64,000 nucleotides of DNA from the human T2T-CHM13v2.0 reference genome, Homo sapiens, in the NCBI RefSeq assembly GCF_009914755.1, contig NC_060947.1; one strand, written 5' to 3'. Positions 48,801 through 63,800 of the stretch are shown piece after piece. How positions within the stretch are numbered: position 1 is the first letter of the stretch; each line of letters opens with the position of its first letter. The notes under the pieces were generated by a model. The model made no database searches and had not been told where the DNA came from. It saw only the letters and a program-made list of their open reading frames with translations. Both the position numbers and the translations under genes were made by a program.

Positions 48801-51800
48801 TTAGTTAGGGTCTTCTGTGGCGCACTTGACCTTATTTATGTTTTACAACGTTTGACAGAGGACAGAAAGAGAGCAAGCATTAAAAGGGCAAAAGCTACCA
48901 GAAGCATCGTGAACAATCTACAGCCATACCACCATGAACGCTCCCAATCTCGTCTGGCCTCTGAAGTACAGAGTAGAGGAGATTGGGCCCAGGTAGGGGC
49001 CTGTTTCATAGTTGGATGGAAGGAACTTTGTGAATGCTATCATTTAACTTAAGCTGTCTATTACTAAACCAGTCAGCCGCCCAGCCATTCGACTAGGAGC
49101 ATCCGTATTGCCTCTTTGTGATATGGTTTAGGCTAATGAAAAGACTTGGTTTCCAACACCCTCTTCTACCTCTGAGCAGATCCCACATAGCTGATCTACC
49201 ATTACGTTTCCGAAATCATGGGACGACCAGCTGCAAGCGAGACGATGCTCAGTGGGTTGAAACTGATCACTCAGGAGGCAGTTGGCAACGGCCTTCTCTT
49301 CCAGCTCTTTGGGTCCTGGACCTTCACTCAGGAAATTGGTGGCTCAGATCAAGAAGCTTGTCTCATGTAATCGAATAGTGCTGGAGGAATCCAAAGCCTT
49401 GGTGTGCTGCAACATGAAGAGGGATCTGGAACAGGCCAACGAGAGAACATGTGAAGTACTGAAGAAAATCTGGGGTTCTGCCCAAGGGTTGGACTCCATG
49501 TGAAAGGACTTAGAAAGGAAGATGAATGAGTTTCGAGTGTCAGGCTGCACACTGACCACATCGGGTTCCGGCTGAGAAGAACACCATTGCTTCCATCTGT
49601 CCTTATCCATTCTCACAGCCTGAAACAAGCTCACTGGTAGCTTATGCTTGCAAGCAGGACTGGGAACATTCACGCTATTTATTCGGGAGTACTGACTCCA
49701 GAAAGTACAGCAACCTTGGACAGCTCAGCGCCATTGGTACGGTCTTCCGTGGTGCACTTGGCCTTATTTATTTTTTGCGACATTTGACAGAGGACAGAGA
49801 GAGAGCAAGCATTAACACGGCAGAAGCTACTGGAAACGTCCTGAACAATCTACAGTCATACCACCGTGAACGCTCCCAATCTTGTCTGGTCTCTGAAGTA
49901 CAGAGTAGATGCGATTGGGTCCAGGTTCGGGCCTGTTTCATTGTTGGATAGAAGGAACTTCCTGAATTCTATTGTTCAGCTTAAGCTGCATATTGTTGAA
50001 GCACTCAATGGCCCAGCCATTCGACTAGGAGCATCCGTATTGCCTCTTTGTGATATGGTTTAGGCTAATGAAAAGACTTGGTTTCCAACACCCTCTTCTA
50101 CCTCTGGGCAGATTCCAGATAGCTGATCTACCATTACGTTTCCGAAATCATGGGACGACCAGCTGCAAGTGAGACGATGCTCAGTGGGTTGAAACTGATC
50201 ACACAGGAGGCATTTGGCAACGGCCTTCTCTCCCAGCTGTTTGGAACCTGGACCTTCACTCAGGAAATTGGTGGCTCAGATCAAGAAGCTTGTCTCATGT
50301 AATCGAATATTGCTGGAGGAATCCAAAGCTTTGGTGTGCTGCAACATGAAGAGGGATCTGGAACAGGCCAACGAGAGAACATGTGAAGTACTGAAGAAAA
50401 TCTGGGGTTCTGCCCAAGGGTTGGACTCCATGTGAAAGGACTTAGAAAGGAAGATGAACGAGTTTCGAGTGTCAGGCTGCACACTGACCACATGGGGTTC
50501 CGGCTGAGAAGAACACCATTGCTTCCACCTGTCCTTATCCATTCTCACAGCCTGAGACAAGCTCACTGGTAGCTTATGCTTCCAAGCAGGACTAGGAACA
50601 TTCACGCTATTTATTTGGGAGTACTGACTCCAGAAAGTACAGGAAGCTTGGACTGCTCGGCGCCATTGGTAGGGTCTTCCGTGGTGCACTTGGCCTTATT
50701 TATTTTTTACGACATTTGACAGAGGGCAGAGAGAGAGCAAGCATTAAAACGGCAGAAGCTACTGGAAACGTCGTGAGCAATCTACAGTCATACCACCATG
50801 AACGCTCCCAATCTTCTCTGGTCTCTGAAGTACAGAGTAGATGCAATTGGGCCCAGGTTCGGGCCTGTTTCATTGTTGGATAGAAGGAACTTTCTGAATG
50901 CTTTCTTCCGCTTAAGCTGCGTATTGTTGAAGCACTCAATGGCCCAGCCATTGGACTAGGAGCATCCGTATTGCCTCTTTGTGATATGGTTTAGGCTAAT
51001 GAAAAGACTTGGTTTCCAACACCCTCTTCTACCTCTGGGCAGATTCCAGATAGCTGATCTACCATTACGTTTCCGAAATCATGGGACGACCAGCTGCAAG
51101 CGAGACGATGCTCAGTGGGTTGAAACTGATCACACAGGAGGCATTTGGCAACGGCCTTCTCTCCCAGCTGTTTGGATCCTGGACCTTCAATCAGGAAATT
51201 GGTGGCTCAGATCAAGAAGCTTGTCTCATGCAATCGAATAGTGCTGGAGGAATCCAAAGCCTTGGTGTGCTGCAACATGAAGAGGGATCTGGAACAGGCC
51301 AACGAGAGAACATGTGAAGTACTGAAGAAAATCTGGGGTTCTGCCCAAGGGTTGGACTCCATGTGAAATGACTTAGAAAGGAAGATGAATGAGTTTCGAG
51401 TGTCAGGCTGCACACTGACCACATCGGGTTCCAGCTGAGAAGAACACCATTGCTTCCGGCTGTACTTCTTCATTCTCACAGCCTGAAAAAAGCTTACTGG
51501 TAGCTTATGCTTGCAAGCAGGACCGGGAACATTCACGCTATTTATTCGGGAGTACTCTGGATAAATCATCCCATTATTTCGGAAATGTAATGCTAGGTCA
51601 GGTATCTGGAATCTTCCTGGAGGTAGAAGAGGGTATTGGATGGAAGGAACTTCGTGAATGCGATCATTGAACTCCAGAAAGTACACCAACCTTGTACTGC
51701 TCAGGGCCTCAGGTAGGGTCTTCTGTGGCGCACTTGACCTTATTTATGTTTTACAACGTTTGACAGAGGACAGAAAGAGAGCAAGCATTAAAAGGGCAAA

Positions 51801-54800
51801 AGCTACCAGAAACATCGTGAACAATCTACAGCCATACCACCGTGAACGCTCCCAATCTCGTCTGGCCTCTGAAGTACAGAGTAGAGGAGATTGGGCCCAG
51901 GTAGGGGCCTGTTTCATAGTTGGATGGAAGGAACTTTGTGAATGCTATCATTTAACTTAAGCTGTCTATTACTAAACCAGTCAGCCGCCCAGCCATTCGA
52001 CTAGGAGCATCCGTATTGCCTCTTTGTGATATGGTTTAGGCTAATGAAAAGACTTGGTTTCCAACACCCTCTTCTACCTCTGGGCAGATTCCAGATAGCT
52101 GATCTACCATTACGTTTCCGAAATCATGGGACGACCAGCTGCAAGCGAGACGATGCTCAGTGGGTTGAAACTGATCACACAGGAGGCATTTGGCAACGGC
52201 CTTCTCTCCCAGCTGTTTGGATCCTGGACCTTCAATCAGGAAATTGGTGGCTCAGATCAAGAAGCTTGTCTCATGTAATCGAATAGTGCTGGAGGAATCC
52301 AAAGCCTTGGTGTGCTGCAACATGAAGAGGGATCTGGAACAGGCCAACGAGAGAACATGTGAAGTACTGAAGAAAATCTGGGGTTCTGCCCAAGGGTTGG
52401 ACTCCATGTGAAAGGACTTAGAAAGGAAGATGAACGAGTTTCGAGTGTCAGGCTGCACACTGTCCACATCGGGTTCCGGCTGAGAAGAACACCATTGCTT
52501 CCATCTGTCCTTATCCATTCTCACAGCCTGAAACAAGCTCACTGGTAGCTTATGCTTGCAAGCAGGACTGGGAACATTCACGCTATTTATTCGGGAGTAC
52601 TGACTCCAGAAAGTACAGCAACCTTGGACAGCTCAGCGCCATTGGTACGGTCTTCCGTGGTGCACTTGGCCTTATTTATTTTTTGCGACATTTGACAGAG
52701 GACAGAGAGAGAGCAAGCATTAAAACGGCAGAAGCTACTGGAAACGTCCTGAACAATCTACAGTCATACCACCGTGAATGCTCCCAATCTTGTCTGGTCT
52801 CTGAAGTACAGAGTAGATGCGATTGGGTCCAGGTTCGGGCATGTTTCATTGTTGGATAGAAGGAACTTCCTGAATTCTATTGTTCAGCTTAAGCTGCGTA
52901 TTGTTGAAGCACTCAATGGCCCAGCCATTCGACTAGGAGCATCCGTATTGCCTCTTTGTGATATGGTTTAGGCTAATGAAAAGACTTGGTTTCCAACACC
53001 CTCTTCTACCTCTGGGCAGATTCCAGATAGCTGATCTACCATTACGTTTCCGAAATCATGGGACGACCAGCTGCAAGTGAGACGATGCTCAGTGGGTTGA
53101 AACTGATCACACAGGAGGCATTTGGCAACGGCCTTCTCTCCCAGCTGTTTGGAACCTGGACCTTCACTCAGGAAATTGTTGGCTCAGATCAAGAAGCTTG
53201 TCTCATGTAATCGAATATTGCTGGAGGAATCCAAAGCCTTGGTGTGCTGCAACATGAAGAGGGATCTGGAACAGGCCAACGAGAGAACATGTGAAGTACT
53301 GAAGAAAATCTGGGGTTCTGCCCAAGGGTTGGACTCCATGTGAAAGGACTTAGAAAGGAAGATGAACGAGTTTCGAGTGTCAGGCTGCACACTGACCACA
53401 TGGGGTTCCGGCTGAGAAGAACACCATTGCTTCCACCTGTCCTTATCCATTCTCACAGCCTGAGACAAGCTCACTGGTAGCTTATGCTTCCAAGCAGGAC
53501 TAGGAACATTCACGCTATTTATTTGGGAGTACTGACTCCAGAAAGTACAGGAAGCTTGGACTGCTCGGCGCCATTGGTAGGGTCTTCCGTGGTGCACTTG
53601 GCCTTATTTATTTTTTACGACATTTGACAGAGGGCAGAGAGAGAGCAAGCATTAAAACGGCAGAAGCTACTGGAAACGTCGTGAGCAATCTACAGTCATA
53701 CCACCGTGAACGCTCCCAATCTTCTCTGGTCTCTGAAGTACAGAGTAGATGCAATTGGGCCCAGGTTCGGGCCTGTTTCATTGTTGGACAGAAGGAACTT
53801 TCTGAATGCTTTGTTCCGCTTAAGCTGCGTATTGTTGAAGCACTCAATGGCCCAGCCATTGGACTAGGAGCATCCGTATTGCCTCTTTGTGATATGGTTT
53901 AGGCTAATGAAAAGACTTGGTTTCCAACACCCTCTTCTACCTCTGGGCAGATTCCAGATAGCTGATCTACCATTACGTTTCCGAAATCATGGGACGACCA
54001 GCTGCAAGCGAGACGATGCTCAGTGGGTTGAAACTGATCACACAGGAGGCATTTGGCAACGGCCTTCTCTCCCAGCTGTTTGGATCCTGGACCTTCAATC
54101 AGGAAATTGGTGGCTCAGATCAAGAAGCTTGTCTCATGTAATCGAATAGTGCTGGAGGAATCCAAAGCCTTGGTGTGCTGCAACATGAAGAGGGATCTGG
54201 AACAGGCCAACGAGAGAACATGTGAAGTACTGAAGAAAATCTGGGGTTCTGCCCAAGGGTTGGACTCCATGTGAAATGACTTAGAAAGGAAGATGAATGA
54301 GTTTCGAGTGTCAGGCTGCACACTGACCACATCGGGTTCCAGCTGAGAAGAACACCATTGCTTCCGGCTGTACTTCTTCATTCTCACAGCCTGAAACAAG
54401 CTTACTGGTAGCTTATGCTTGCAAGCAGGACCGGGAACATTCACGCTATTTATTCGGGAGTACTCTGGATAAATCGTCCCATTATTTCGGAAATGTAATG
54501 CTAGGTCAGGTATCTGGAATCTTCCTGGAGGTAGAAGAGGGTATTGGATGGAAGGAACTTCGTGAATGCGATCATTGAACTCCAGAAAGTACACCAACCT
54601 TGTACTGCTCAGGGCCTCAGGTAGGGTCTTCTGTGGCACACTTGACCTTATTTATGTTTTACAACGTTTGACAGAGGACAGAAAGAGAGCAAGCATTAAA
54701 AGGGCAAAAGCTACCAGAAACATCGTGAACAATCTACAGCCATACCACCGTGAACGCTCCCAATCTCGTCTGGCCTCTGAAGTACAGAGTAGAGGAGATT

Positions 54801-57800
54801 GGGCCCAGGTAGGGGCCTGTTTCATAGTTGGATGGAAGGAACTTTGTGAATGCTATCATTTAACTTAAGCTGTCTATTACTAAACCAGTCAGCCGCCCAG
54901 CCATTCGACTAGGAGCATCCGTATTGCCTCTTTGTGATATGGTTTAGGCTAATGAAAAGACTTGGTTTCCAACACCCTCTTCTACCTCTGGGCAGATTCC
55001 AGATAGCTGATCTACCATTACGTTTCCGAAATCATGGGACGACCAGCTGCAAGTGAGACGATGCTCAGTGGGTTGAAACTGATCACACAGGAGGCATTTG
55101 GCAACGGCCTTCTCTCCCAGCTGTTTGGAACCTGGACCTTCACTCAGGAAATTGTTGGCTCAGATCAAGAAGCTTGTCTCATGTAATCGAATATTGCTGG
55201 AGGAATCCAAAGCCTTGGTGTGCTGCAACATGAAGAGGGATCTGGAACAGGCCAACGAGAGAACATGTGAAGTACTGAAGAAAATCTGGGGTTCTGCCCA
55301 AGGGTTGGACTCCATGTGAAAGGACTTAGAAAGGAAGATGAACGAGTTTCGAGTGTCAGGCTGCACACTGACCACATGGGGTTCCGGCTGAGAAGAACAC
55401 CATTGCTTCCACCTGTCCTTATCCATTCTCACAGCCTGAGACAAGCTCACTGGTAGCTTATGCTTCCAAGCAGGACTAGGAACATTCACGCTATTTATTT
55501 GGGAGTACTGACTCCAGAAAGTACAGGAAGCTTGGACTGCTCGGCGCCATTGGTAGGGTCTTCCGTGGTGCACTTGGCCTTATTTATTTTTTACGACATT
55601 TGACAGAGGGCAGAGAGAGAGCAAGCATTAAAACGGCAGAAGCTACTGGAAACGTCGTGAGCAATCTACAGTCATACCACCGTGAACGCTCCCAATCTTC
55701 TCTGGTCTCTGAAGTACAGAGTAGATGCAATTGGGCCCAGGTTCGGGCCTGTTTCATTGTTGGATAGAAGGAACTTTCTGAATGCTTTCTTCCGCTTAAG
55801 CTGCGTATTGTTGAAGCACTCAATGGCCCAGCCATTGGACTAGGAGCATCCGTATTGCCTCTTTGTGATATGGTTTAGGCTAATGAAAAGACTTGGTTTC
55901 CAACACCCTCTTCTACCTCTGGGCAGATTCCAGATAGCTGATCTACCATTACGTTTCCGAAATCATGGGACAACCAGCTGCAAGCGAGACGATGCTCAGT
56001 GGGTTGAAACTGATCACACAGGAGGCATTTGGCAACGGCCTTCTCTCCCAGCTGTTTGGATCCTGGACCTTCAATCAGGAAATTGGTGGCTCAGATCAAG
56101 AAGCTTGTCTCATGCAATCGAATAGTGCTGGAGGAATCCAAAGCCTTGGTGTGCTGCAACATGAAGAGGGATCTGGAACAGGCCAACGAGAGAACATGTG
56201 AAGTACTGAAGAAAATCTGGGGTTCTGCCCAAGGGTTGGACTCCATGTGAAATGACTTAGAAAGGAAGATGAATGAGTTTCGAGTGTCAGGCTGCACACT
56301 GACCACATCGGGTTCCAGCTGAGAAGAACACCATTGCTTCCGGCTGTACTTCTTCATTCTCACAGCCAGAAACAAGCTTACTGGTAGCTTATGCTTGCAA
56401 GCAGGACCGGGAACATTCACGCTATTTATTCGGGAGTACTCTGGATAAATCATCCCATTATTTCGGAAATGTAATGCTAGGTCAGGTATCTGGAATCTTC
56501 CTGGAGGTAGAAGAGAGTATTGGATGGAAGGAACTTCGTGAATGCGATCATTGAACTCCAGAAAGTACACCAACCTTGTACTGCTCAGGGCCTCAGGTAG
56601 GGTCTTCTGTGGCGCACTTGACCTTATTTATGTTTTACAACGTTTGACAGAGGACAGAAAGAGAGCAAGCATTAAAAGGGCAAAAGCTACCAGAAACATC
56701 GTGAACAATCTACAGCCATACCACCGTGAACGCTCCCAATCTCGTCTGGCCTCTGAAGTACAGAGTAGAGGAGATTGGGCCCAGGTAGGGGCCTGTTTCA
56801 TAGTTGGATGGAAGGAACTTTGTGAATGCTATCATTTAACTTAAGCTGTCTATTACTAAACCAGTCAGCTGCCCAGCCATTCGACTAGGAGCATCCGTAT
56901 TGCCTCTTTGTGATATGGTTTAGGCTAATGAAAAGACTTGGTTTCCAACACCCTCTTCTACCTCTGAGCAGATCCCACATAGCTGATCTACCATTACGTT
57001 TCCGAAATCATGGGACGACCAGCTGCAAGCGAGACGATGCTCACTGGGTTGAAACTGATCACTCAGGAGGCAGTTGGCAACGGCCTTCTCTCCCAGCTGT
57101 TTGGGTCCTGGACCTTCACTCAGGAAATTGGTGGCTCAGATCAAGAAGCTTGTCTCATGTAATCGAATAGTGCTGGAGGAATCCAAAGCCTTGGTGTGCT
57201 GCAACATGAAGAGGCATCTGGAACAGGCCAACGAGAGAACATGTGAAGTACTGAAGAAAATCTGGGGTTCTGCCCAAGGGTTGGACTCCATGTGAAAGGA
57301 CTTAGAAAGGAAGATGAATGAGTTTCGAGTGTCAGGCTGCACACTGACCATGTCGGGTTCCGGCTGAGAAGAACACCATTGCTTCCATCTGTCCTTATCC
57401 ATTCTCACAGCCTGAAACAAGCTCACTGGTAGCTTATGCTTGCAAGCAGGACTGGGAACATTCACGCTATTTATTCGGGAGTACTGACTCCAGAAAGTAC
57501 AGCAACCTTGGACTGCTCAGCGCCATTGGTACGGTCTTCCGTGGTGCACTTGGCCTTATTTATTTTTTACGACATTTGACAGAGGACAGAGAGAGAGCAA
57601 GCATTAAAACGGCAGAAGCTACTGGAAACGTCGTGAACAATCTACAGTCATACCACCGTGAACGCTCCCAATCTTGTCTGGTCTCTGAAGTACAGAGTAG
57701 ATTCGATTGGGCCCAGGTTCGGGCCTGTTTCATTGTTGGATAGAAGGAACTTCCTGAATTCTATTGTTCAGCTTAAGCTGCGTATTGTTGAAGCACTCAA

Positions 57801-60800
57801 TGGCCCAGCCATTCGACTAGGAGCATCCGTATTGCCTCTTTGTGATATGGTTTAGGCTAATGAAAAGACTTGGTTTCCAACACCCTCTTCTACCTCTGGG
57901 CAGATTCCAGATAGCTGATCTACCATTACGTTTCCGAAATCATGGGACGACCAGCTGCAAGTGAGACGATGCTCAGTGGGTTGAAACTGATCACACAGGA
58001 GGCATTTGGCAACGGCCTTCTCTCCCAGCGGTTTGGAACCTGGACCTTCACTCAGGAAATTGGTGGCTCAGATCAAGAAGCTTGTCTCATGTAATCGAAT
58101 ATTGCTGGAGGAATCCAAAGCCTTGGTGTGCTGCAACATGAAGAGGGATCTGGAACAGGCCAACGAGAGAACATGTGAAGTACTGAAGAAAATCTGGGGT
58201 TCTGCCCAAGGGTTGGACTCCATGTGAAAGGACTTAGAAAGGAAGATGAACGAGTTTCGAGTGTCAGGCTGCACACTGACCACATGGGGTTCCGGCTGAG
58301 AAGAACACCATTGCTTCCACCTGTCCTTATCCATTCTCACAGCCTGAGACAAGCTCACTGGTAGCTTATGCTTCCAAGCAGGACTAGGAACATTCACGCT
58401 ATTTATTTGGGAGTACTGACTCCAGAAAGTACAGGAAGCTTGGACTGCTCGGCGCCATTGGTAGGGTCTTCCGTGGTGCACTTGGCCTTATTTATTTTTT
58501 ACGACATTTGACAGAGGGCAGAGAGAGAGCAAGCATTAAAACGGCAGAAGCTACTGGAAACGTCGTGAACAATCTACAGTCATACCACCATGAACGCTCC
58601 CAATCTTGTCTGGTCTCTGAAGTACAGAGTAGATGCGATTGGGCCCAGGTTCGGGCCTGTTTCATTGTTGGATAGAAGGAACTTCCTGAATGCTTTGTTC
58701 CGCTTAAGCTGCGTATTGTTGAAGCACTCAATGGCCCAGCCATTCGACTAGGAGCATCCGTATTGCCTCTTTGTGATATGGTTTAGGCTAATGAAAAGAC
58801 TTGGTTTCCAACACCCTCTTCTACCTCTGAGCAGATTCCAGATAGCTGATCTACCATTACGTTTCCGAAATCATGGGACGACCAGCTGCAAGCGAGACGA
58901 TGCTCAGTGGGTTGAAACTGATCACACAGGAGGCATTTGGCAACAGCCTTCTCTCCCAGCTGTTTGGATCCTGGACCTTCAATCAGGAAATTGGTGGCTC
59001 AGATCAAGAAGCTTGTCTCATGTAATCGAATAGTGCTGGAGGAATCCAAAGCCTTGGTGTGCTGCAACATGAAGAGGGATCTGGAACAGGCCAACGAGAG
59101 AACATGTGAAGTACTGAAGAAAATCTGGGGTTCTGCCCAAGGGTTGGACTCCATGTGAAAGGACTTAGAAAGGAAGATGAATGAGTTTCGAGTGTCAGGC
59201 TGCACACTGACCACATCGGGTTCCAGCTGAGAAGAACACCATTGCTTCCGGCTGTCCTTCTTCATTCTCACAGCCTGAAACAAGCTCACTGGTAGCTTAT
59301 GCTTGCAAGCAGGACCGGGAACATTCACGCTATTTATTCGGGAGTACTCTGGATAAATCGTCCCATTATTTCGGAAATGTAATGCTAGGTCAGGTATCTG
59401 GAATCTTCCTGGAGGTAGAAGAGGGTATTGGATGGAAGGAACTTCGTGAATGCGATCATTGCACTCCAGAAAGTACACCAACCTTGTACTGCTCAGGGCC
59501 TCAGGTAGGGTCTTCTGTGGCGCACTTGACCTTACTTATGTTTTACAACGTTTGACGGAGGACAGAAAGAGAGCAAGCATTAAAAGGGCAAAAGCTACCA
59601 GAAACATCGTGAACAATCTACAGCCATACCACCGTGAACGCTCCCAATCTCGTCTGGCCTCTGAAGTACAGAGTAGAGGAGATTGGGCCCAGGTAGGGGC
59701 CTGTTTCATAGTTGGATGGAAGGAACTTTGTGAATGCTATCATTTAACTTAAGCTGTCTATTACTAAACCAGTCAGCCGCCCAGCCATTCGACTAGGAGC
59801 ATCCGTATTGCCTCTTTGTGATATGGTTTAGGCTAATGAAAAGACTTGGTTTCCAAAACCCTCTTCTACCTCTGAGCAGATCCCACATAGCTGATCTACC
59901 ATTACGTTTCCGAAATCATGGGACGACCAGCTGCAAGTGAGACGATGCTCAGTGGGTTGAAACTGATCACTCAGGAGGCAGTTGGCAACGGCCTTCTCTC
60001 CCAGCTGTTTGGATCCTGGACCTTCACTCAGGAAATTGGTGGCTCAGAACAGGAAGCTTGTCTCATGTAATCGAATAGTGCTGGAGAAATCCAAAGCCTT
60101 GGTGTGCTGCAACATGAAGAGGGATCTGGAACAGGCCAACGAGAGAACATGTGAAGTACTGAAGAAAATCTGGGGTTCTGCCCAAGGGTTGGACTCCATG
60201 TGAAAGAACATAGAAAGGAAGATGAATGAGTTTCGATTGTCAGGCTGCACACTGACCACGTCGGGTTCCGGCTGAGAAGAACACCATTGCTTCCATCTGT
60301 CCTTATCCATTCTCAAAGCCTGAAACAAGCTCACTGGTAGCTTATGCTTGCAAGCAGGACTGGGAACATTCACGCTATTTATTCGGGAGTACTGACTCCA
60401 GAAAGTACAGCAACCTTGGACTGCTCAGCGCCATTCGTACGGTCTTCCGTGGTGCACTTGGCCTTATTTATTTTTTACGACATTTGACAGAGTGCAGAGA
60501 GAGAGCAAGCATTAAAACGGCAGAAGCTACTGGAAACGTCGTGAACAATGTACAGTCATACCACCGTGAACGCTCCCAATCTTGTCTGGTCTCTGAAGTA
60601 CAGAGTAGATGCGATTGGGCCCAGGTTGGGGCCTGTTTCATTGTTGGATAGAAGGAACTTCCTGAATGCTTTGTTCCCCTTAAGCTGCGTATTGTTGAAG
60701 CACTCAATGGCCCAGCCATTCGACCAGGAGCATCCGTATTGCCTCTTTGTGATATGGTTTAGGCTAATGAAAAGACTTGGTTTCCAACACCCTCTTCTAC

Positions 60801-63800
60801 CTCTGGGCAGATTCCAGATAGCTGATCTACCATTACGTTTCCGAAATCATGGGACGACCAGCTGCAAGCGAGACGATGCTCAGTGGGTTGAAACTGATCA
60901 CACAGGAGGCATTTGGCAACGGCCTTCTCTCCCAGCTGTTTGGATCCTGGACCTTCACTCAGGAAATTGGTGGCTCAGATCAAGAAGCTTGTCTCATCTA
61001 ATCGAATAGTGCTGGAGGAATCCAACACCTTGGTGTGCTGCAACATGAAGAGGGATCTGGAACAGGCCAACGAGAGAACATGTGAAGTACTGAAGAAAAT
61101 CTGGGGTTCTGCCCAAGGGTTGGACTCCATGTGAAAGGACTTAGAAAGGAAGATGAATGAGTTTCGAGTGTCAGGCTGCACACTGACCACATCGGGATCC
61201 AGCTGAGAAGAACACCATTGCTTCCGGCTGTCCTTCTTCATTCTCACAGCCTGAAACAAGCTCACTGGTAGCTTATGCTTGCAAGCAGGACCGGGAACAT
61301 TCACGCTATTTATTCGGGAGTACTCTGGATAAATCATCCCATTATTTCGGAAATGTAATGCTAGGTCAGGTATCTGGAATCTTCCTGGAGGTAGAAGAGG
61401 GTATTGGATGGAAGGAACTTCGTGAATGCGATCATTGAACTCCAGAAAGTACACCAACCTTGTACTGCTCAGGGCCTCAGGTAGGGTCTTCTGTGGCGCA
61501 CTTGACCTTATTTATGTTTTACAACGTTTGACAGAGGACAGAAAGAGAGCAAGCATTAAAAGGGCAAAAGCTACCAGAAACATCGTGAACAATCTACAGC
61601 CATACCACCGTGAACGCTCCCAATCTCGTCTGGCCTCTGAAGTACAGAGTAGAGGAGATTGGGCCCAGGTAGGGGCCTGTTTCATAGTTGGATGGAAGGA
61701 ACTTTGTGAATGCTATCATTTAACTTAAGCTGTCTATTACTAAACCAGTCAGCCGCCCAGCCATTCGACTAGGAGCATCCGTATTGCCTCTTTGTGATAT
61801 GGTTTAGGCTAATGAAAAGACTTGGTTTCCAACACCCTCTTCTACCTCTGAGCAGATCCCACATAGCTGATCTACCATTACGTTTCCGAAATCATGGGAC
61901 GACCAGCTGCAAGCGAGACGATGCTCACTGGGTTGAAACTGATCACTCAGGAGGCAGTTGGCAACGGCCTTCTCTCCCAGCTGTTTGGGTCCTGGACCTT
62001 CACTCAGGAAATTGGTGGCTCAGAACAGGAAGCTTGTCTCATGTAATCGAATAGTGCTGGAGGAATCCAAAGCCTTCGTGTGCTGCAACATGAAGAGGGA
62101 TCTGGAACAGGCCAACGAGAGAACATGTGAAGTACTGAAGAAAATCTGGGGTTCTGCCCAAGGGTTGGACTCCATGTGAAAGGACTTAGAAAGGAAGATG
62201 AACGAGTTTCGAGTGTCAGGCTGCACACTGACCACATGGGGATCCGGCTGAGAAGAACACCATTGCTTCCACCTGTCCTTATCCATTCTCACAGCCTGAG
62301 ACAAGCTCACTGGTAGCTTATGCTTCCAAGCAGGACTAGGAACATTCACGGTATTTATTCGGGAGTACTGACTCCGGAAAGTACAGGAAGCTTGGACTGC
62401 TCGGCGCCATTGGTAGGGTCTTCCGTGGTGCACTTGGCCTTATTTATTTTTTACGACATTTGACAGAGGGCAGAGAGAGAGCAAGCATTAAAACGGCAGA
62501 AGCTACTGGAAACGTCGTGAGCAATCTACAGTCATACCACCGTCAACGCTCCCAATCTTGCCTGGTCTCTGAAGTACAGAGTAGATGCAATTGGGCCCAG
62601 GTTCGGGCCTGTTTCATTGTTGGATAGAAGGAACTTCCTGAATGCTTTGTTCAGCTTAAGCTGCGTATTGTTGAAGCACTCAATGGCCCAGCCATTCGAC
62701 TAGGAGCATCCGTATTGCCTCTTTGTGATATGGTTTAGGCTAATGAAAAGACTTGGTTTCCAACACCCTCTTCTACCTCTGGGCAGATTCCAGATAGCTG
62801 ATCTACCATTACGTTTCCGAAATCATGGGACGATCAGCTGCAAGCGAGACGATGCTCAGTGGGTTGAAACTGATCACACAGGAGGCATTTGGCAACGGCC
62901 TTCTCTCCCAGCTGTTTGGATCCTGGACCTTCACTCAGGAAATTGGTGGCTCAGATCAAGAAGCTTGTCTCATGTAATCGAATAGTGCTGGAGGAATCCA
63001 ACACCTTGGTGTGCTGCAACATGAAGAGGGATCTAGAACAGGCCAACGAGAGAACATGTGAAGTACTGAAGAAAATCTGGGGTTCTGCCCAAGGGTTGGA
63101 CTCCATGTGAAAGGACTTAGAAAGGAAGATGAATGAGTTTCGAGTGTCAGGCTGCACACTGACCACATCGGGATCCAGCTGAGAAGAACACCATTGCTTC
63201 CGGCTGTCCTTCTTCATTCTCACAGCCTGAAACAAGCTCACTGGTAGCTTATGCTTGTAAGCAGGAGCGGGAACATTCACGCTATTTATTCGGGAGTACT
63301 CTGGATAAATCATCCCATTATTTCGGAAATGTAATGCTAGGTCAGGTATCTGGAATCTTCCTGGAGGTAGAAGAGGGTATTGGATGGAAGGAACTTCGTG
63401 AATGCGGTCATTGAACTCCAGAAAGTACACCAACCTTGTACTGCTCAGGGCCTTAGGTAGGGTCTTCTGTGGCGCACTTGACCTTATTTATGTTTTACAA
63501 CGTTTGACAGAGGACAGAAAGAGAGCAAGCATTAAAAGGGCAAAAGCTACCAGAAACATCGTGAACAATCTACAGCCATACCACCGTGAACGCTCCCAAT
63601 CTCGTCTGGCCTCTGAAGTACAGAGTAGAGGAGATTGGGCCCAGGTAGGGGCCTGTTTCATAGTTGGATGGAAGGAACTTTGTGAATGCTATCATTTAAC
63701 TTAAGCTGTCTATTACTAAACCAGTCAGCCGCCCAGCCATTCGACTAGGAGCATCCGTATTGCCTCTTTGTGATATGGTTTAGGCTAATGAAAAGACTTG

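Noticed and set aside
44399-63110. Recurrent 73-aa ORF (MATAFS...GSAQGLDSM) as a multicopy protein-coding gene
   Set aside because: It starts at TTG, not ATG. Its N-terminal part is out of the CDYL frame and it ends at a premature TGA. Recurrence only reflects repeat identity.
44965-63675. Functional 5S rDNA tandem array
   Set aside because: Copies are 3'-truncated and diverged, box A is disrupted, there is no oligo-T terminator, and the spacer is CDYL-derived rather than the GC-rich ~2.2-kb 5S unit.
45392-63704. Antisense and alternative-frame ORFs of 83-174 aa repeated in the array
   Set aside because: Shadow ORFs of the pseudogene and inverted arm, mostly with non-ATG starts. The 100-aa ORF is a CDYL-fragment/5S read-through chimera.
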